Shown: positions 1 through 10,444 of the stretch, in pieces
How positions within the stretch are numbered: position 1 is the stretch's first letter
Layout: each line of letters opens with the position of its first letter
Assembly (NCBI GenBank): GCA_965369655.1
Contig: CBDUQR010000021.1
Location: 1 to 46,754, forward strand
Direction: 5' to 3'
DNA length: 46,754 nt
Source: an uncultured bacterium
GTDB taxonomy: Bacteria; Zixibacteria; MSB-5A5; JAABVY01; JAHJOQ01
The notes under the pieces: generated by a model
The model's database searches: none
What the model was told of the DNA's origin: nothing
What the model saw: only the letters and a program-made list of their open reading frames with translations
Position numbers and translations under genes: made by a program

Positions 1-99
1 AGATGCCTGCCCGAATGTATGGATGGTGTGATTGCCTGTTTCAATCTGTATCCTCTGAACGGGATCGTGACAGCTCGATTCGCCGGCATGTCGTCGAGA

Positions 100-456
100 T
101 CATTCGGATTCTTTCTCGAGTTCCCTGATCCGATTCCTGAGCAGCGCGATTTCCTGTGCGAGTGCCTTGTTCTGGTCGGTCTGTCTCGATATGACAACCG
201 TGAAGTGAAGGAACATGAGCACTGCGAAGAAAATCCCGATCAGAAACAGCACTGCGGGCGCGTACGCCACTCCAGCCATATCCGCGATGATGTCGACGAG
301 TCCTCGCCAGATCGAAAAGACTATCAGAACCAGTCCGCCGACTATCCAGAGGATGGAATACTCCTCGCGAAGCTTCCGCTTTCTTATCAGAGAAATCACG
401 AAGAGGATGATCAGCAGACTCGACGCTATGGCCACCACCTGAAATGGGCTCACCAT
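100..456 (-). CDS. DUF2304-family small membrane protein
   Basis: 118 aa, about 3 TM segments, a KLREEYSILW motif and a C-terminal LAQEIALL coiled coil; lies directly behind a DPM1-like GT2, the usual DUF2304 context. Confidence 0.85.
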   Translation of the reverse strand: MVSPFQVVAIASSLLIILFVISLIRKRKLREEYSILWIVGGLVLIVFSIWRGLVDIIADMAGVAYAPAVLFLIGIFFAVLMFLHFTVVISRQTDQNKALAQEIALLRNRIRELEKESE

Positions 457-458
457 AA

Positions 459-1172
459 TCAGTCCTCCCTGTTCACCGGTTTTCTCGAAAACGCTATCAG
501 ATTGGCAACGATGACTTTTATCATGTAGTAGATCGAGCCGAGAGGTCCGATCGACGATGTTCCGGCTTCGCGTTCACGCATCATCGCCGGGACTTCTTTG
601 ATCCGGAATCCGTTCCTGAAAAGTTCGATGACGGCTACCGGCTCCGGATAGTCCTGCGGGTAGTGGTCGGCCAGGAATGCAATAGCGGCCTTGTCGTATG
701 CCCGGAAACCTGATGTGTTGTCGGTGATTTTCATCCCTGTGAGCATCGAATTGAACAGCGAGATGATCTTGATGCCGATTCTCCTGCTGAAAGACGATTT
801 GAACTCGCCCTTGCCTAAGAATCGAGAGCCGATTACAACGTCGGCATCGTCGCTCACGATCGGAGCGATGATCTTCTCTATCTCGCTCGCCGGATGCTGG
901 CCGTCTCCATCCACCTGCAGTGCTATGTCGAATCCCTGATCGCGGGCATACCTGAGTCCGGTCTGTACCGCTCCACCTATCCCGAGGTTGTACGGCAGAG
1001 ACAGGACTATCTCGCCCGCAGCCATGACCACTGTTTCTGTGTCGTCTGTGGAGCAATCGTTTATCACAACGAGTTCCACATCGGGCTGATGCTCTCTGAT
1101 ATCACCAATGACTCTGCCGATATTCTCAGATTCGTTGTACGCCGGTATGATAATTAGAACGCGTGGTATCAT
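459..1172 (-). CDS. GT2 glycosyltransferase, DPM1-like (polyprenol-phosphate sugar synthase)
   Basis: IIIPAYNE, INDCSTD, NLGIGGA, VDGDGQH and DNTSGFRAY motifs. Confidence 0.9.
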   Translation of the reverse strand: MIPRVLIIIPAYNESENIGRVIGDIREHQPDVELVVINDCSTDDTETVVMAAGEIVLSLPYNLGIGGAVQTGLRYARDQGFDIALQVDGDGQHPASEIEKIIAPIVSDDADVVIGSRFLGKGEFKSSFSRRIGIKIISLFNSMLTGMKITDNTSGFRAYDKAAIAFLADHYPQDYPEPVAVIELFRNGFRIKEVPAMMREREAGTSSIGPLGSIYYMIKVIVANLIAFSRKPVNRED

Positions 1173-1241
1173 GATAATCGGCCTTCAGTACTCAATATTA
1201 TAACTTGACCGAACACAGCCAACAACTTCTTTCTACATCGG

Positions 1242-2300
1242 CTAATTTTGGCCATCGAGACGAATTATCTGCACCGATGTCTCGCCGATCCATCCGAGAC
1301 CGCGCAATACCCACAGCGATAGAGGTATTGTGAATATCGATGCGGGCCAGATGAACCTCCCATCGGTATATGCGGTCAGCATCGAAAAAATCACAAGCAA
1401 AAATGCGAACATGAGTCCTGTCAGGAGCGGCCAAACCAAAGCGGATTGTACCGTTCTCGAAAACCGTCTGATTCCCGCGATGAAGACCAGTGACAACGCA
1501 CCGGGCAATCCAAATGACAACAGCACACTCAGCAGCGCCCTCAGCCGAAGGTTCGCCAACAGCGTGTCAATGCTCGGAACCCAGTAGAAATCGCCGTATG
1601 TTTCCTTGATCAGCGCGGTCGGAGCGATGAAGCAGATGGCGAGAACAGACGACCAGACGATAGTCCGGACTGCGCCTTTTCTGTGGGAGATAAGATGTAC
1701 TGCTGAGACCGGAATCAGCAACACCATCACTTCCTTGACGAACATGCCCACGACTATCGTAACCGCCACAAGCGCCCATTTCTCTCTCACGATCAAATAG
1801 TACCCGACCGCGAGGAGACACATCGCGCACGCTTCCACATACCCAGTCGTACTCATGTAGAAAACGGGAAATGAAACAGAATACATGAAACAGCCGAGCA
1901 TCGCATGTGAGAACTCGAAGCCGAGCCTCCTCAGGTAGAGGAAAACAAAAAGCACGGTCACATACAGCGCGATCAGGTTGACGACATTGATCGAGGTCAT
2001 CGGCGATTCTATCGGCAAAGTCGACGCTATGAGTGGAACGAGCGGGCGATACGTGAACGGCAGCGGCACATCATCGAGCGAAGCTTTCCCCCGGAAGTAG
2101 TCTACATAGTTCACGTAGTGGATCGCGTCGCCAAACGATGTCTCGCCATCGATCTTGCCGGTGAAATTTCCGATCGGTCCGATATCCTGCCGGTCGAATC
2201 TCGGAAACGAAACGGCTGCGACTGACAAAACCAGTGCAATCACGAGAAGATATCTTCCTGTCGACCTGCCGGAAGCGATCCTGTGGTTATCTCGAACCAT
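1242..2300 (-). CDS. Polytopic membrane protein, possible GT-C fold glycosyltransferase
   Basis: About 9-10 hydrophobic segments; first loop carries GDAIHY...PFTYRPLVP, later VGMFVKE; overlaps the upstream gene. The GT-C assignment is inference. Confidence 0.6.
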   Translation of the reverse strand: MVRDNHRIASGRSTGRYLLVIALVLSVAAVSFPRFDRQDIGPIGNFTGKIDGETSFGDAIHYVNYVDYFRGKASLDDVPLPFTYRPLVPLIASTLPIESPMTSINVVNLIALYVTVLFVFLYLRRLGFEFSHAMLGCFMYSVSFPVFYMSTTGYVEACAMCLLAVGYYLIVREKWALVAVTIVVGMFVKEVMVLLIPVSAVHLISHRKGAVRTIVWSSVLAICFIAPTALIKETYGDFYWVPSIDTLLANLRLRALLSVLLSFGLPGALSLVFIAGIRRFSRTVQSALVWPLLTGLMFAFLLVIFSMLTAYTDGRFIWPASIFTIPLSLWVLRGLGWIGETSVQIIRLDGQN

Positions 2301-3309
2301 GCAGAACCTTCTCCCTGAGCCATCTCAACTCGATGTATACTCGTTCTCTGAACCCAATCGTTCTCTCGCCTCGCACACTGCGGATGTAGTCGAGTATTTC
2401 ACTCGCAGGCGCAAACCAGCCGTCTTTCGATGCGAGGTATGTCATCCGCTCCCTGAATGTGGAATCGACTGCGCCGTCACGAAAGAAACCGCTCGCAAGG
2501 TGCGTATAAACAAAGCAAACTCCGTTTTCTCGTTCGAGCCTGTCGACGTTTTCTTTCGAGATAAGCTTACTGAATGATTCCACGACCCCGCCGTCGGATG
2601 AGTGAAGCCAGTAGTTGACGTACGGTTTCCGGTCGTCGTGGTAAGGCACGAGAGGGTTTACTTTCAGGATGTTGATTTCCTGAAAGCTGAAGTTGACGAC
2701 ATACCGGATGTGCCGCTTCGCAATATCTCCCCAGAAGTGTTCCGACTCAGGATCGTGGCCAAACGACGGCTCACTGTCGTAGATAAGATTATAGAGCAAT
2801 GGAAATGGAAAGACGCTCAGTTTGTCAGAGCCCCAATACAGATTATCGATATTCTGAGAGTGGTTTATGTGAATCGTGGGATACTGTCCGAATATGGTCT
2901 TGAATCTTTCGAATGCCTCTATAATCTCCACTCGCGTGGAATTTCCACCCCGCGCGCCATGCAGCGCAATCTCGAATCCCCTGCTCTGGATGTCCATCAG
3001 GAATGCGACATAATCTGAGTCGGCAAGTGTCTCTCCCCTGTTCGGCCAGTGCTCGGGATCGTTTGTCGGCCAGACCCAGACCGTCTTGGTCGATCGCATA
3101 CCGAGATCATACAGGAAATCATAGACCGGTTTGACATTCTGCACAGTGGCGCCGTCCGTATCGTCGATGATCGCGAATGCGAATTTCTTTCCATCCGGAA
3201 ACGAGATCGGTTCGTACGACGGCGGATAAGTAAAATAGATCGAAACAGCAGCCAGAGTTGCCAGTATGAGCAGAATTATCGTTCGTTTTTTCATTCTCAT
3301 CTGAGCCAT
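2287..3309 (-). CDS. Membrane-anchored protein with a polysaccharide deacetylase-like (NodB/CE4-like) fold
   Basis: N-terminal TM; FAFAIIDDTD, GFEIALHG, INHSQN and VYTHLA resemble CE4-type motifs. Confidence 0.55.
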   Translation of the reverse strand: MAQMRMKKRTIILLILATLAAVSIYFTYPPSYEPISFPDGKKFAFAIIDDTDGATVQNVKPVYDFLYDLGMRSTKTVWVWPTNDPEHWPNRGETLADSDYVAFLMDIQSRGFEIALHGARGGNSTRVEIIEAFERFKTIFGQYPTIHINHSQNIDNLYWGSDKLSVFPFPLLYNLIYDSEPSFGHDPESEHFWGDIAKRHIRYVVNFSFQEINILKVNPLVPYHDDRKPYVNYWLHSSDGGVVESFSKLISKENVDRLERENGVCFVYTHLASGFFRDGAVDSTFRERMTYLASKDGWFAPASEILDYIRSVRGERTIGFRERVYIELRWLREKVLHGSR

Positions 3310-4677
3310 CTAATCCTTCGGGTTGTCTTCAGGGTAAATCGATCTATTCAAACTCGATTCGAGGACCGTCAGCTTCCCGCTCTTGTCGGGAGGTATCCTG
3401 TCAACGATTCTGAAATCGATCCTGATCCTGTCACCGAGATAGTCTCTCCATTTCGACTCGATTTTTTCGAGAGACGATTCGTCGAAATCATCGTCTGTTT
3501 CTATCATGACATCTAATGAATCGACGGTTTTCTGGAATGCCTTGAAACGCCGTATGCCCTCCACGAGTGTGTAGCCAAAGATCGTAGCGGCCACTCGGTT
3601 ACCCTCCGGCGTTATGATCAGGTCAGAAACTCGGCCTGTGATTTGTTCCAGCGATGGAAGCAGAGTTGACTCATCTGGCTCTGGCTTGCCCTGCACGGCC
3701 ATATCTCCGACTCGGTATCGGATAAATGGCATGGCATACGAGTTTAGCTCGGTAAGGACGATTTCTCCAGTTTGTCCCGGTTCGACAGGCATCATGCTGT
3801 CCGGATCAACTATCTCGATGTAGAGATTGTGCATCATCTGACGCATCACGCCGCCGGGAGACTCGAACGCAATGATACCTGTTTCGGTGCTGCCGTACTC
3901 GTTGATAACATTGCACCCGAAAACCGATTCGATAGCAGATCTGTCCCGGTCTGACAACACCTCACCGGTCGATATGATCGCTTGCAGGTTGAGGATCGAC
4001 GGGTCAAGATTCAATCTCGTCAGGCGCCTTGCCAATTCGGAGATCGGACTCCGAAGTCCGTACATGAACCTGGGCTTGAATCGTTTCAATCGAAAGAAAT
4101 AATCTGCGCATGACTGCTCCGTCAATCGGAATGAGTTGAGCCGGATACGATTTAGAAGAGTATCTTTGATCTTCGTGATAATCCGTTTTTTTCGATCAAG
4201 TGGTACTCCCCAGAGACGGGCTTGCCGATCACCGATTCCGATTCCATACCAGCCATAGACCTCGTACATCAGGGCGTCCATATTTGCCGTGGCTTCCCTG
4301 TCTTTCACAAACTCATGCGGAATCCCAGTTGATCCGGAAGTGCTCCGCGTCGATACCCTGCCAGAGAAATCGGAACGCATGTCGGTAGCTTTCGTCCGTA
4401 CGGTATCTTTCTCCAGAAATGGTATGCACCTGAAATCTTCCGGGCTGCATATATCCCGAACGTCAATCCTGTGCTCATCGAACAAGCTGCGATAGTAGCT
4501 GTTGTTGTGGTATATATATTTCAATAGCGAGATCAGTCTTTGCCACTGGATTTCGCGCTTGCGCGAATATGGCAACTCATGGAATCTGCGGATTTCATCC
4601 ATGTATTCCAGGACACGTTCGCCCCTGATCGCCTGGATCGGGAGATACACAAGATTCCTGGTGATCCACGGAAGCAT
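3310..4677 (-). CDS. Phenylacetate-CoA ligase family / CapK-like adenylate-forming enzyme
   Basis: STSGSTG P-loop, NEYGSTE, MPFIRYRVGD, GRVSD, DKSGK. Confidence 0.88.
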   Translation of the reverse strand: MLPWITRNLVYLPIQAIRGERVLEYMDEIRRFHELPYSRKREIQWQRLISLLKYIYHNNSYYRSLFDEHRIDVRDICSPEDFRCIPFLEKDTVRTKATDMRSDFSGRVSTRSTSGSTGIPHEFVKDREATANMDALMYEVYGWYGIGIGDRQARLWGVPLDRKKRIITKIKDTLLNRIRLNSFRLTEQSCADYFFRLKRFKPRFMYGLRSPISELARRLTRLNLDPSILNLQAIISTGEVLSDRDRSAIESVFGCNVINEYGSTETGIIAFESPGGVMRQMMHNLYIEIVDPDSMMPVEPGQTGEIVLTELNSYAMPFIRYRVGDMAVQGKPEPDESTLLPSLEQITGRVSDLIITPEGNRVAATIFGYTLVEGIRRFKAFQKTVDSLDVMIETDDDFDESSLEKIESKWRDYLGDRIRIDFRIVDRIPPDKSGKLTVLESSLNRSIYPEDNPKD

Positions 4678-4681
4678 CGCG

Positions 4682-5908
4682 CTATTTCCTCATGCCTGCG
4701 AGACGCTGATAGATACTTTCGAGTCGCGGGTAGACCTTCTTCCAGGAATACAGGTTGACAGCGGTTTCCCTCGCGTTCTTTCCAAGTTCATCCCGTCGAC
4801 TCCTGTCCCGTAGCAACTCGATCGTGTTCGATGCGATCTCTTCGGGCGTGTCAGCGATGACAATATCTTTGCCATCGGTCACATCAATCCCCTCGCATCC
4901 GATTGTGGTGCTGACAATCGCCTTGCCCATAGCCATCGCATCCAGAATCTTAAGTCTCGTCCCGCCGCCGACCCTGATCGGCACGACATAGACCGCTGCT
5001 CTGGAGATATGTGGCCTCACGTCGTCAACAAATCCAACCGCATTGAAACGGGGGTTCCTGCTGCAGAATTCCAGGATTTCCTTTGATGATTGCTTTCCGA
5101 CGTGCGTCATCGAGACGTCAGGGATCTCGGTTTCAATTAGACGCCAGATATTGCGTGTTAAATAAAGCATAGCATTGAGATTCGGATACCAGCCCATGCC
5201 TCCCACAAAGACCAAACTGTGGTCATCAACTGGTTCATTGCCGGGTATAAAATACTCCGTGTCAACACCATTCGATACAGTCTCGATATTTATGCCAGGC
5301 TTCATACTCTTCAGCAAGTCGCCATCTCGATCCGATACAGTTGTGTGGAAGTCGAACTTCTCGCAGGCTATTTCTTCATATCTTCGCAGCTTTCTTCCCT
5401 GATATGCCATGTAAGCCCTTGCAAACGGATTGTCAAGCGTCTTAGCGCGCCTTAGCAGGAGTTCGGATTCGATATTCTGGTGAACCATGAGACTTGGTAT
5501 TTCCGGCGCTAGTTCACGGTATCCAGCAAGCGCTATCGTCGCTATTTCGAGGATATCGTATCTGTTGGTTGCTGTATATTTCCTGATGGCGTCGGCCATC
5601 CTGCCGGAACGGAATTTCCAGGCTGAATATGGTTTGGCCGAGAACAGATTCAGGCCAAGCAACGAATACCATGCGAATGTATGACCATCAGTCGGGATCT
5701 CGAACACTTCCAGTACGTTGCAGTACTTTTTCATCTCATCAATGCTCTGCTGGAGATCGGAATGCTTATCGAGATGCGCCTTCTGATAGAATGTCAGCAT
5801 GTGAATCTCATGTCTCTCCGATGCTTCTCGCAGGAGATTAAAATTTCGAAGCGAACTGCCACCTCTCGGCGGGTACGGCAGAAGATGTGCGATGAGCAGG
5901 ATTTTCAT
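4682..5908 (-). CDS. GT4 glycosyltransferase (resembles PEP-CTERM/EpsH1-associated sugar transferases)
   Basis: LPYPPRGG, NGVDTEYF, VPIRVGGGTRLKILDAMAMGKAIVST. Confidence 0.88.
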   Translation of the reverse strand: MKILLIAHLLPYPPRGGSSLRNFNLLREASERHEIHMLTFYQKAHLDKHSDLQQSIDEMKKYCNVLEVFEIPTDGHTFAWYSLLGLNLFSAKPYSAWKFRSGRMADAIRKYTATNRYDILEIATIALAGYRELAPEIPSLMVHQNIESELLLRRAKTLDNPFARAYMAYQGRKLRRYEEIACEKFDFHTTVSDRDGDLLKSMKPGINIETVSNGVDTEYFIPGNEPVDDHSLVFVGGMGWYPNLNAMLYLTRNIWRLIETEIPDVSMTHVGKQSSKEILEFCSRNPRFNAVGFVDDVRPHISRAAVYVVPIRVGGGTRLKILDAMAMGKAIVSTTIGCEGIDVTDGKDIVIADTPEEIASNTIELLRDRSRRDELGKNARETAVNLYSWKKVYPRLESIYQRLAGMRK

Positions 5909-5910
5909 TG

Positions 5911-7017
5911 CTATGTCATCAGTTCTGTGTAGAGGTTAACGATTCTCTCGCGCTGAATTGCGATTGAGAACTCTTCTTCGACGCGGCTCCGTGCACCATT
6001 CTCGATGTCGGCTCTCAGCTTCGGATCATTGATAATTCTAACGCAACCATCCGCAATTGCATTCGCATTGTCCGGCTCGACGAGAAGCCCGGAACACGAA
6101 TCCTCAATGATTTCCGGCATGCCCCCAACGCGAGTCGACACCACAGCCTTTTTCATCGCCATTGCCTCGAGCGTGGACATCGGTATGCCTTCATGTCGAG
6201 AAGAAACCACGAATATGTCGAAGGTGTTCGTCAAGTTCAGAATATCGTCTCTGAAGCCTGTCATCACAACCCTGTCATCGATACCCAAATCCCGAGACAA
6301 AGCTGCGAGCGACGGCATAAGTGGCCCATCACCGGCAATGACAAATGCAGTGCCGGGCGCTTGTTCAGAGATTAACTTGGCAGCCTTGAGAAAAACGTCG
6401 AATGCCTTAATTGGAACGAGCCTGCCGACCGAGCCGATCACGATCTGGTCGGGGCGTATGCCGAATTCCCTTTTCACGTCTAATGGATTCTTTGACGGCT
6501 GCTGATCATCGACATCTATTGCATTGTGTATTGTCACAACGCGCTGTTGTCCATACAGCCCGGCGAGATGTTTCTCGATTTCCTCAGAGACCGCGATTAT
6601 TTTCGAAAACCTGCGTTGCGTATAGAATTTGTTCAACCATATGTATAGGCCCATCCTGAGTTTCCTGACGCCGCTGAAGTCCTCCCGCAATCCATGCACC
6701 GTCTGGACCAGGCGCGCTACGGCAGGTTTCTGAATGGCACCAAGGATATTCTCTTTGTATCTGTGCGTATGCAGAATATCAGGTCGAATATCGCGGAGCT
6801 TATCCGCAATCTGTCTCTTCAGAGCAAAGAAGCTATTACTTGTCTCCGGAATCACATGGGTGTCGATATGCGCTTGGCGAAGCCGCTCCGCAAGCGGTCC
6901 CTCATTGAGAATTATCGCAGAGACATCAATATATCCATGTAGCGAACTCAGAAGTGTGTAGGCTTGAACTTCAGCGCCTGCCCACAAATCGCCGGATATC
7001 AAATGACAGACTTTCAT
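5911..7017 (-). CDS. GT4 glycosyltransferase
   Basis: MKVCHLISGDLWAGAE, SSRHEGIPMSTLEAMA, VGGMPE; start moved to 7017 because its ATG overlaps the upstream TGA (ATGA). Confidence 0.88.
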   Translation of the reverse strand: MKVCHLISGDLWAGAEVQAYTLLSSLHGYIDVSAIILNEGPLAERLRQAHIDTHVIPETSNSFFALKRQIADKLRDIRPDILHTHRYKENILGAIQKPAVARLVQTVHGLREDFSGVRKLRMGLYIWLNKFYTQRRFSKIIAVSEEIEKHLAGLYGQQRVVTIHNAIDVDDQQPSKNPLDVKREFGIRPDQIVIGSVGRLVPIKAFDVFLKAAKLISEQAPGTAFVIAGDGPLMPSLAALSRDLGIDDRVVMTGFRDDILNLTNTFDIFVVSSRHEGIPMSTLEAMAMKKAVVSTRVGGMPEIIEDSCSGLLVEPDNANAIADGCVRIINDPKLRADIENGARSRVEEEFSIAIQRERIVNLYTELMT

Positions 7018-8159
7018 CTTTCGGTCCGCTCCCATGATACGTACCTTTCGCCGCAGTAGTACTTGAACCACGCCGCAATAATCGAAAGATTAACCATCAC
7101 AAGGAAAAATGGTATCTTGAAAAGCGTCTGTTTCTCCAGCAATTTCACCATATAAGCGCCCAACGCCGTGACATAGAATGATACCTGTAATACCAGCAGG
7201 AGCTCATATAAGAGATTCGTATTCACCAAAAAGATATTCGCGATGAGACATGCGATGAACGCGAGCGGAACGATCCAACGCATCAGTTTGTGATTGAACA
7301 TCTGGAAAGCGTAGAATCCGTATCGAAACGGATTGAGGATAGACTTCAGCCTCACAAGCACCTGGATTCCATGCACTACAGTCCTGACTTTTCGTTCGAA
7401 CTCTCTCTCGGGATCGGCCACGACCGCATATCGCCCGATTGCATCATCGTCCAGCACCGACCGGTAGCCCTGCATGTATGCCACTACCGGAACAAAAAAA
7501 TCGCTCGACATATCCGAGTACCATGTCTCACAGATTGTCTTCCTCGCAGCGAAAAATGATCCGCTCACTCCAACGAGCGATGAAATCGATGATTCGAGAG
7601 AGCGCAGTTTCATCTCGTATCTCACATACATACTTTCCCCATGCGATGGCTCGCCATCGACATCGATCATGTCCTTTCCCGATACGCAGCCGACTTTCGG
7701 ATCGCCAAAACTCCGCACGATCATCCTGATCGAATCGCGTTCGAGCATGGTGGTCGCATCGGTGAAGACGATGATGTCATGACACGATGCCTCGATTCCC
7801 TGCTTCTGCGCGAAATGCTTCCCATTTCTTTCATGTATCTCGACGAGTCTCACGCCTCTGTCGCAATAGCTTTTCACGATGTCATTAGTTCTGTCTGTCG
7901 AACCGTCGGAAGCGACAATGATCTCGATATTCTCTTTAGGATAGTCGATCCCGAGACAATTGTCGAGCTTTGAGGCGATCGATCTCTCTTCGTTGTACGC
8001 CGTGATGATAATACTGACCGATGGTGTTGAATCATCCCGCGACACGTCTCTTGTGAAAAACAGCGATATGAATCTGAGAAAGATGTAGTACCCTGCGTAT
8101 ACCCAGAATATGGAGAAGACGCTGATCCAGAATATGGCTTGCAGAATAGAATCCGTCAT
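7014..8159 (-). CDS. GT2 glycosyltransferase with TM segments
   Basis: IIITAYNEE, ASDGSTD, FTDAT, EFERKVR; N- and C-terminal TM helices. Confidence 0.88.
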   Translation of the reverse strand: MTDSILQAIFWISVFSIFWVYAGYYIFLRFISLFFTRDVSRDDSTPSVSIIITAYNEERSIASKLDNCLGIDYPKENIEIIVASDGSTDRTNDIVKSYCDRGVRLVEIHERNGKHFAQKQGIEASCHDIIVFTDATTMLERDSIRMIVRSFGDPKVGCVSGKDMIDVDGEPSHGESMYVRYEMKLRSLESSISSLVGVSGSFFAARKTICETWYSDMSSDFFVPVVAYMQGYRSVLDDDAIGRYAVVADPEREFERKVRTVVHGIQVLVRLKSILNPFRYGFYAFQMFNHKLMRWIVPLAFIACLIANIFLVNTNLLYELLLVLQVSFYVTALGAYMVKLLEKQTLFKIPFFLVMVNLSIIAAWFKYYCGERYVSWERTER

Positions 8160-9265
8160 TTCGACATTACCTGTCTATATAGTGCTTCATAGTCACGCAC
8201 CATTCTCTCGAGCGAGAAACGACTTTCTACTATCTCGCGCGATCTCGTCCCGAATTCCAATCTTCTCTCAGGACTGTCGATCAGTTCGGTTATTGCATCG
8301 GCGAGTCTTACTGGATCTTTCGCTGGCACGAGAAATCCATTCTCACAATCGGTTATCAGTTCAGGATTGCCTCCGACATCAGTCGCGACAACCGGCTTCG
8401 ACATTGCCATCGCCTCCAGTATCGAAAGCGATAACCCTTCGGAGACAGACGAACAGACGTATATATCTACAACCTGCAATATATCCGGAATGTTATCTCG
8501 GAATCCAAGAAACTTCACTGTATCGCCGAGTTTGAGTTGACCGGCTATGGTCCTGAGCGAATCCTCACGGTTGCCTTCGCCTGCAATCAAAAGCGACAGA
8601 CGCGGATATTTGTCCCTCAACAGGACGATTGCTTCGAGCAGATATGGCAGTCCCTTGACCTCGAAGAGACTCCCGACAGTACCGAGAACTATCGATGCGT
8701 CCTGCAGGCCGAGTCGCTCTCTCGATCCCTCTCGCGAATCGACTGACCGGTACTTTTCGAGATCGATTCCATTGTAGAGCGTCTCAATCTTACCGTAGCG
8801 AACGCCCAGTAGTGTCGTGAGAAAACGGTTGAGGTCATCCGACACCGCAATCAGGCGCGAGCAGAGCTTTGCAGCCATCCTGAGCAGCCGCACCCTGCAT
8901 TGTTTGTCGGGATAGTAGACCTTGCCATGAATCGTGCCAACATGCGGAATGCGAGCGAGTTTCGCAGAAATCGAGCCGTAGACCGTCATCATGAATTCGT
9001 GCGAGTGAATCAGATCGATCTTCTCGCGGCGTATCAATCTCAGCAGCTTGAAGAAAAATACCGGGTCGTATGACCATCTGTTCTCTATCATCACGTAGGG
9101 AATGCCGAGACTATCGAGATGATCGGTCAGCCAGCCCTTTTCGAGAACGCATGCAATCGACCTGTATCTATCCGGGTCGAGATTGCTCGCTATGTACGCC
9201 AGCACTGTCTCGGCGCCGCCCGGTTCGGAGGTCTCGATAAGATGTAGAATGTTCAACCTGTTCAT
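8156..9265 (-). CDS. GT4 glycosyltransferase
   Basis: PGGAE, YNGID, SSVSEGLSLSILEAMA, VGGNPE. Confidence 0.9.
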   Translation of the reverse strand: MNRLNILHLIETSEPGGAETVLAYIASNLDPDRYRSIACVLEKGWLTDHLDSLGIPYVMIENRWSYDPVFFFKLLRLIRREKIDLIHSHEFMMTVYGSISAKLARIPHVGTIHGKVYYPDKQCRVRLLRMAAKLCSRLIAVSDDLNRFLTTLLGVRYGKIETLYNGIDLEKYRSVDSREGSRERLGLQDASIVLGTVGSLFEVKGLPYLLEAIVLLRDKYPRLSLLIAGEGNREDSLRTIAGQLKLGDTVKFLGFRDNIPDILQVVDIYVCSSVSEGLSLSILEAMAMSKPVVATDVGGNPELITDCENGFLVPAKDPVRLADAITELIDSPERRLEFGTRSREIVESRFSLERMVRDYEALYRQVMSK

Positions 9266-9330
9266 ATCTCACTTCATCTCAGTTTGCTACCCACTCGCCG
9301 CTTCGCTCTGGATGGGCTACCGATTGTTAC

Positions 9331-9362
9331 TTCAATAGATTCCCGCCTTCGCGGGAATGACA
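9331..9362 (+). repeat. dRS3/REP-like palindrome (ATTCCC-N8-GGGAAT)
   Basis: TTCAATAGATTCCCGCCTTCGCGGGAATGACA, 31/32 identical to 26768-26799; intergenic. Confidence 0.85.
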
Positions 9363-9369
9363 CTACTTC

Positions 9370-10443
9370 TCAGTATGCCGAACCCTCCGTACGCTTTTGG
9401 ATCAGATCGATAAGACCGCTCAGTTCTGTTGCGAATACCGCCTTCGAGTATCCGCCGAACGGCGAGACAGACATGCCGTTGTGGATGTTGATCCTGCCGA
9501 GCGCGAAAAGGTCTGTCATGCTACTGCTCTTCCTGGCGAGGACCGCCGACCTGTATCCCGCTTCCCGAAGCATTGTCTTGATTTCCTCATTCCAGTCACC
9601 GTTGGGATATGCGAAATGCTCACACTCTCGCCTTAGTTCACGTTTTATCTCTCTCTTTGACTCGTCGATCTCGCTCTTTGCTTCATCGGTCGTAATCTGA
9701 GGAAGAAGCGCGTGGCTAACGGTGTGCGAGCCGAATGAGATGTTGTTCTCAGCCATCTCGCGGACTTCATCCCAGTTCAAGACATACCTGATCGGCTTCC
9801 TGTCTGATCCATCCGGATCGAAGCAAAGAGTCTCCACGAAACTGTCTCTCTCGTCTGGAGCAAGATGTTTCAACGACTCAATGAGTTCGTCCAACAGCAT
9901 CATCGCAGTCTTGCTATCGCCGCTGGAGACAATCCGCTCAGCCAGCGCCGCACAGCTACGATTGATTGATGAAAGCGCGGATACTTCATCGAGCGAATCA
10001 CGATTCAACATGGACTGCGTCACTTTCTCCGGCCAGAAGAGCTCTGTCGTTCCGACGAATCCGGTACTGAGAAAAATAGTCGCAGGTATCCGGCGCTCTT
10101 TCATGATGCTATATGCATTCGCATAAACATCGCGCCAGCCATCATCGAATGTGACAGCACACTGGCACCTGTCGACACTCTCGTTCTCGATTCTGCGAAC
10201 CATTTCGGTCAGGGAGATCACTCGATATGCTCTCTTCAGGTATGCCATCTGCCCGGCAAAGACCGACCTGCCGACGACCATCCCCTGTTGTGACAGGCAT
10301 GTGTCATATTCGGAATCATCGATCACCCGGTGATACATTAAGATCAGTGCACGCTTGTTCTCGCGGAGTCGCCTGTAGAGATGCACCAATCCTGAGTAGT
10401 AAGCGACGAGACAGAACGCGTATTTGAGAAGCGATTTCAGCAA
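9370..10443 (-). CDS. Polysaccharide deacetylase (CE4)
   Basis: ILMYHRV, VTFDDGW, GSHTVSH, FAYPNG. Confidence 0.9.
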   Translation of the reverse strand: MLKSLLKYAFCLVAYYSGLVHLYRRLRENKRALILMYHRVIDDSEYDTCLSQQGMVVGRSVFAGQMAYLKRAYRVISLTEMVRRIENESVDRCQCAVTFDDGWRDVYANAYSIMKERRIPATIFLSTGFVGTTELFWPEKVTQSMLNRDSLDEVSALSSINRSCAALAERIVSSGDSKTAMMLLDELIESLKHLAPDERDSFVETLCFDPDGSDRKPIRYVLNWDEVREMAENNISFGSHTVSHALLPQITTDEAKSEIDESKREIKRELRRECEHFAYPNGDWNEEIKTMLREAGYRSAVLARKSSSMTDLFALGRINIHNGMSVSPFGGYSKAVFATELSGLIDLIQKRTEGSAY

Positions 10444-10444
10444 A

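Noticed and set aside
1-89. Possible start of a further minus-strand gene at ATG 89
   Set aside because: Only 29 codons are visible, with no recognisable motif, so it cannot be supported
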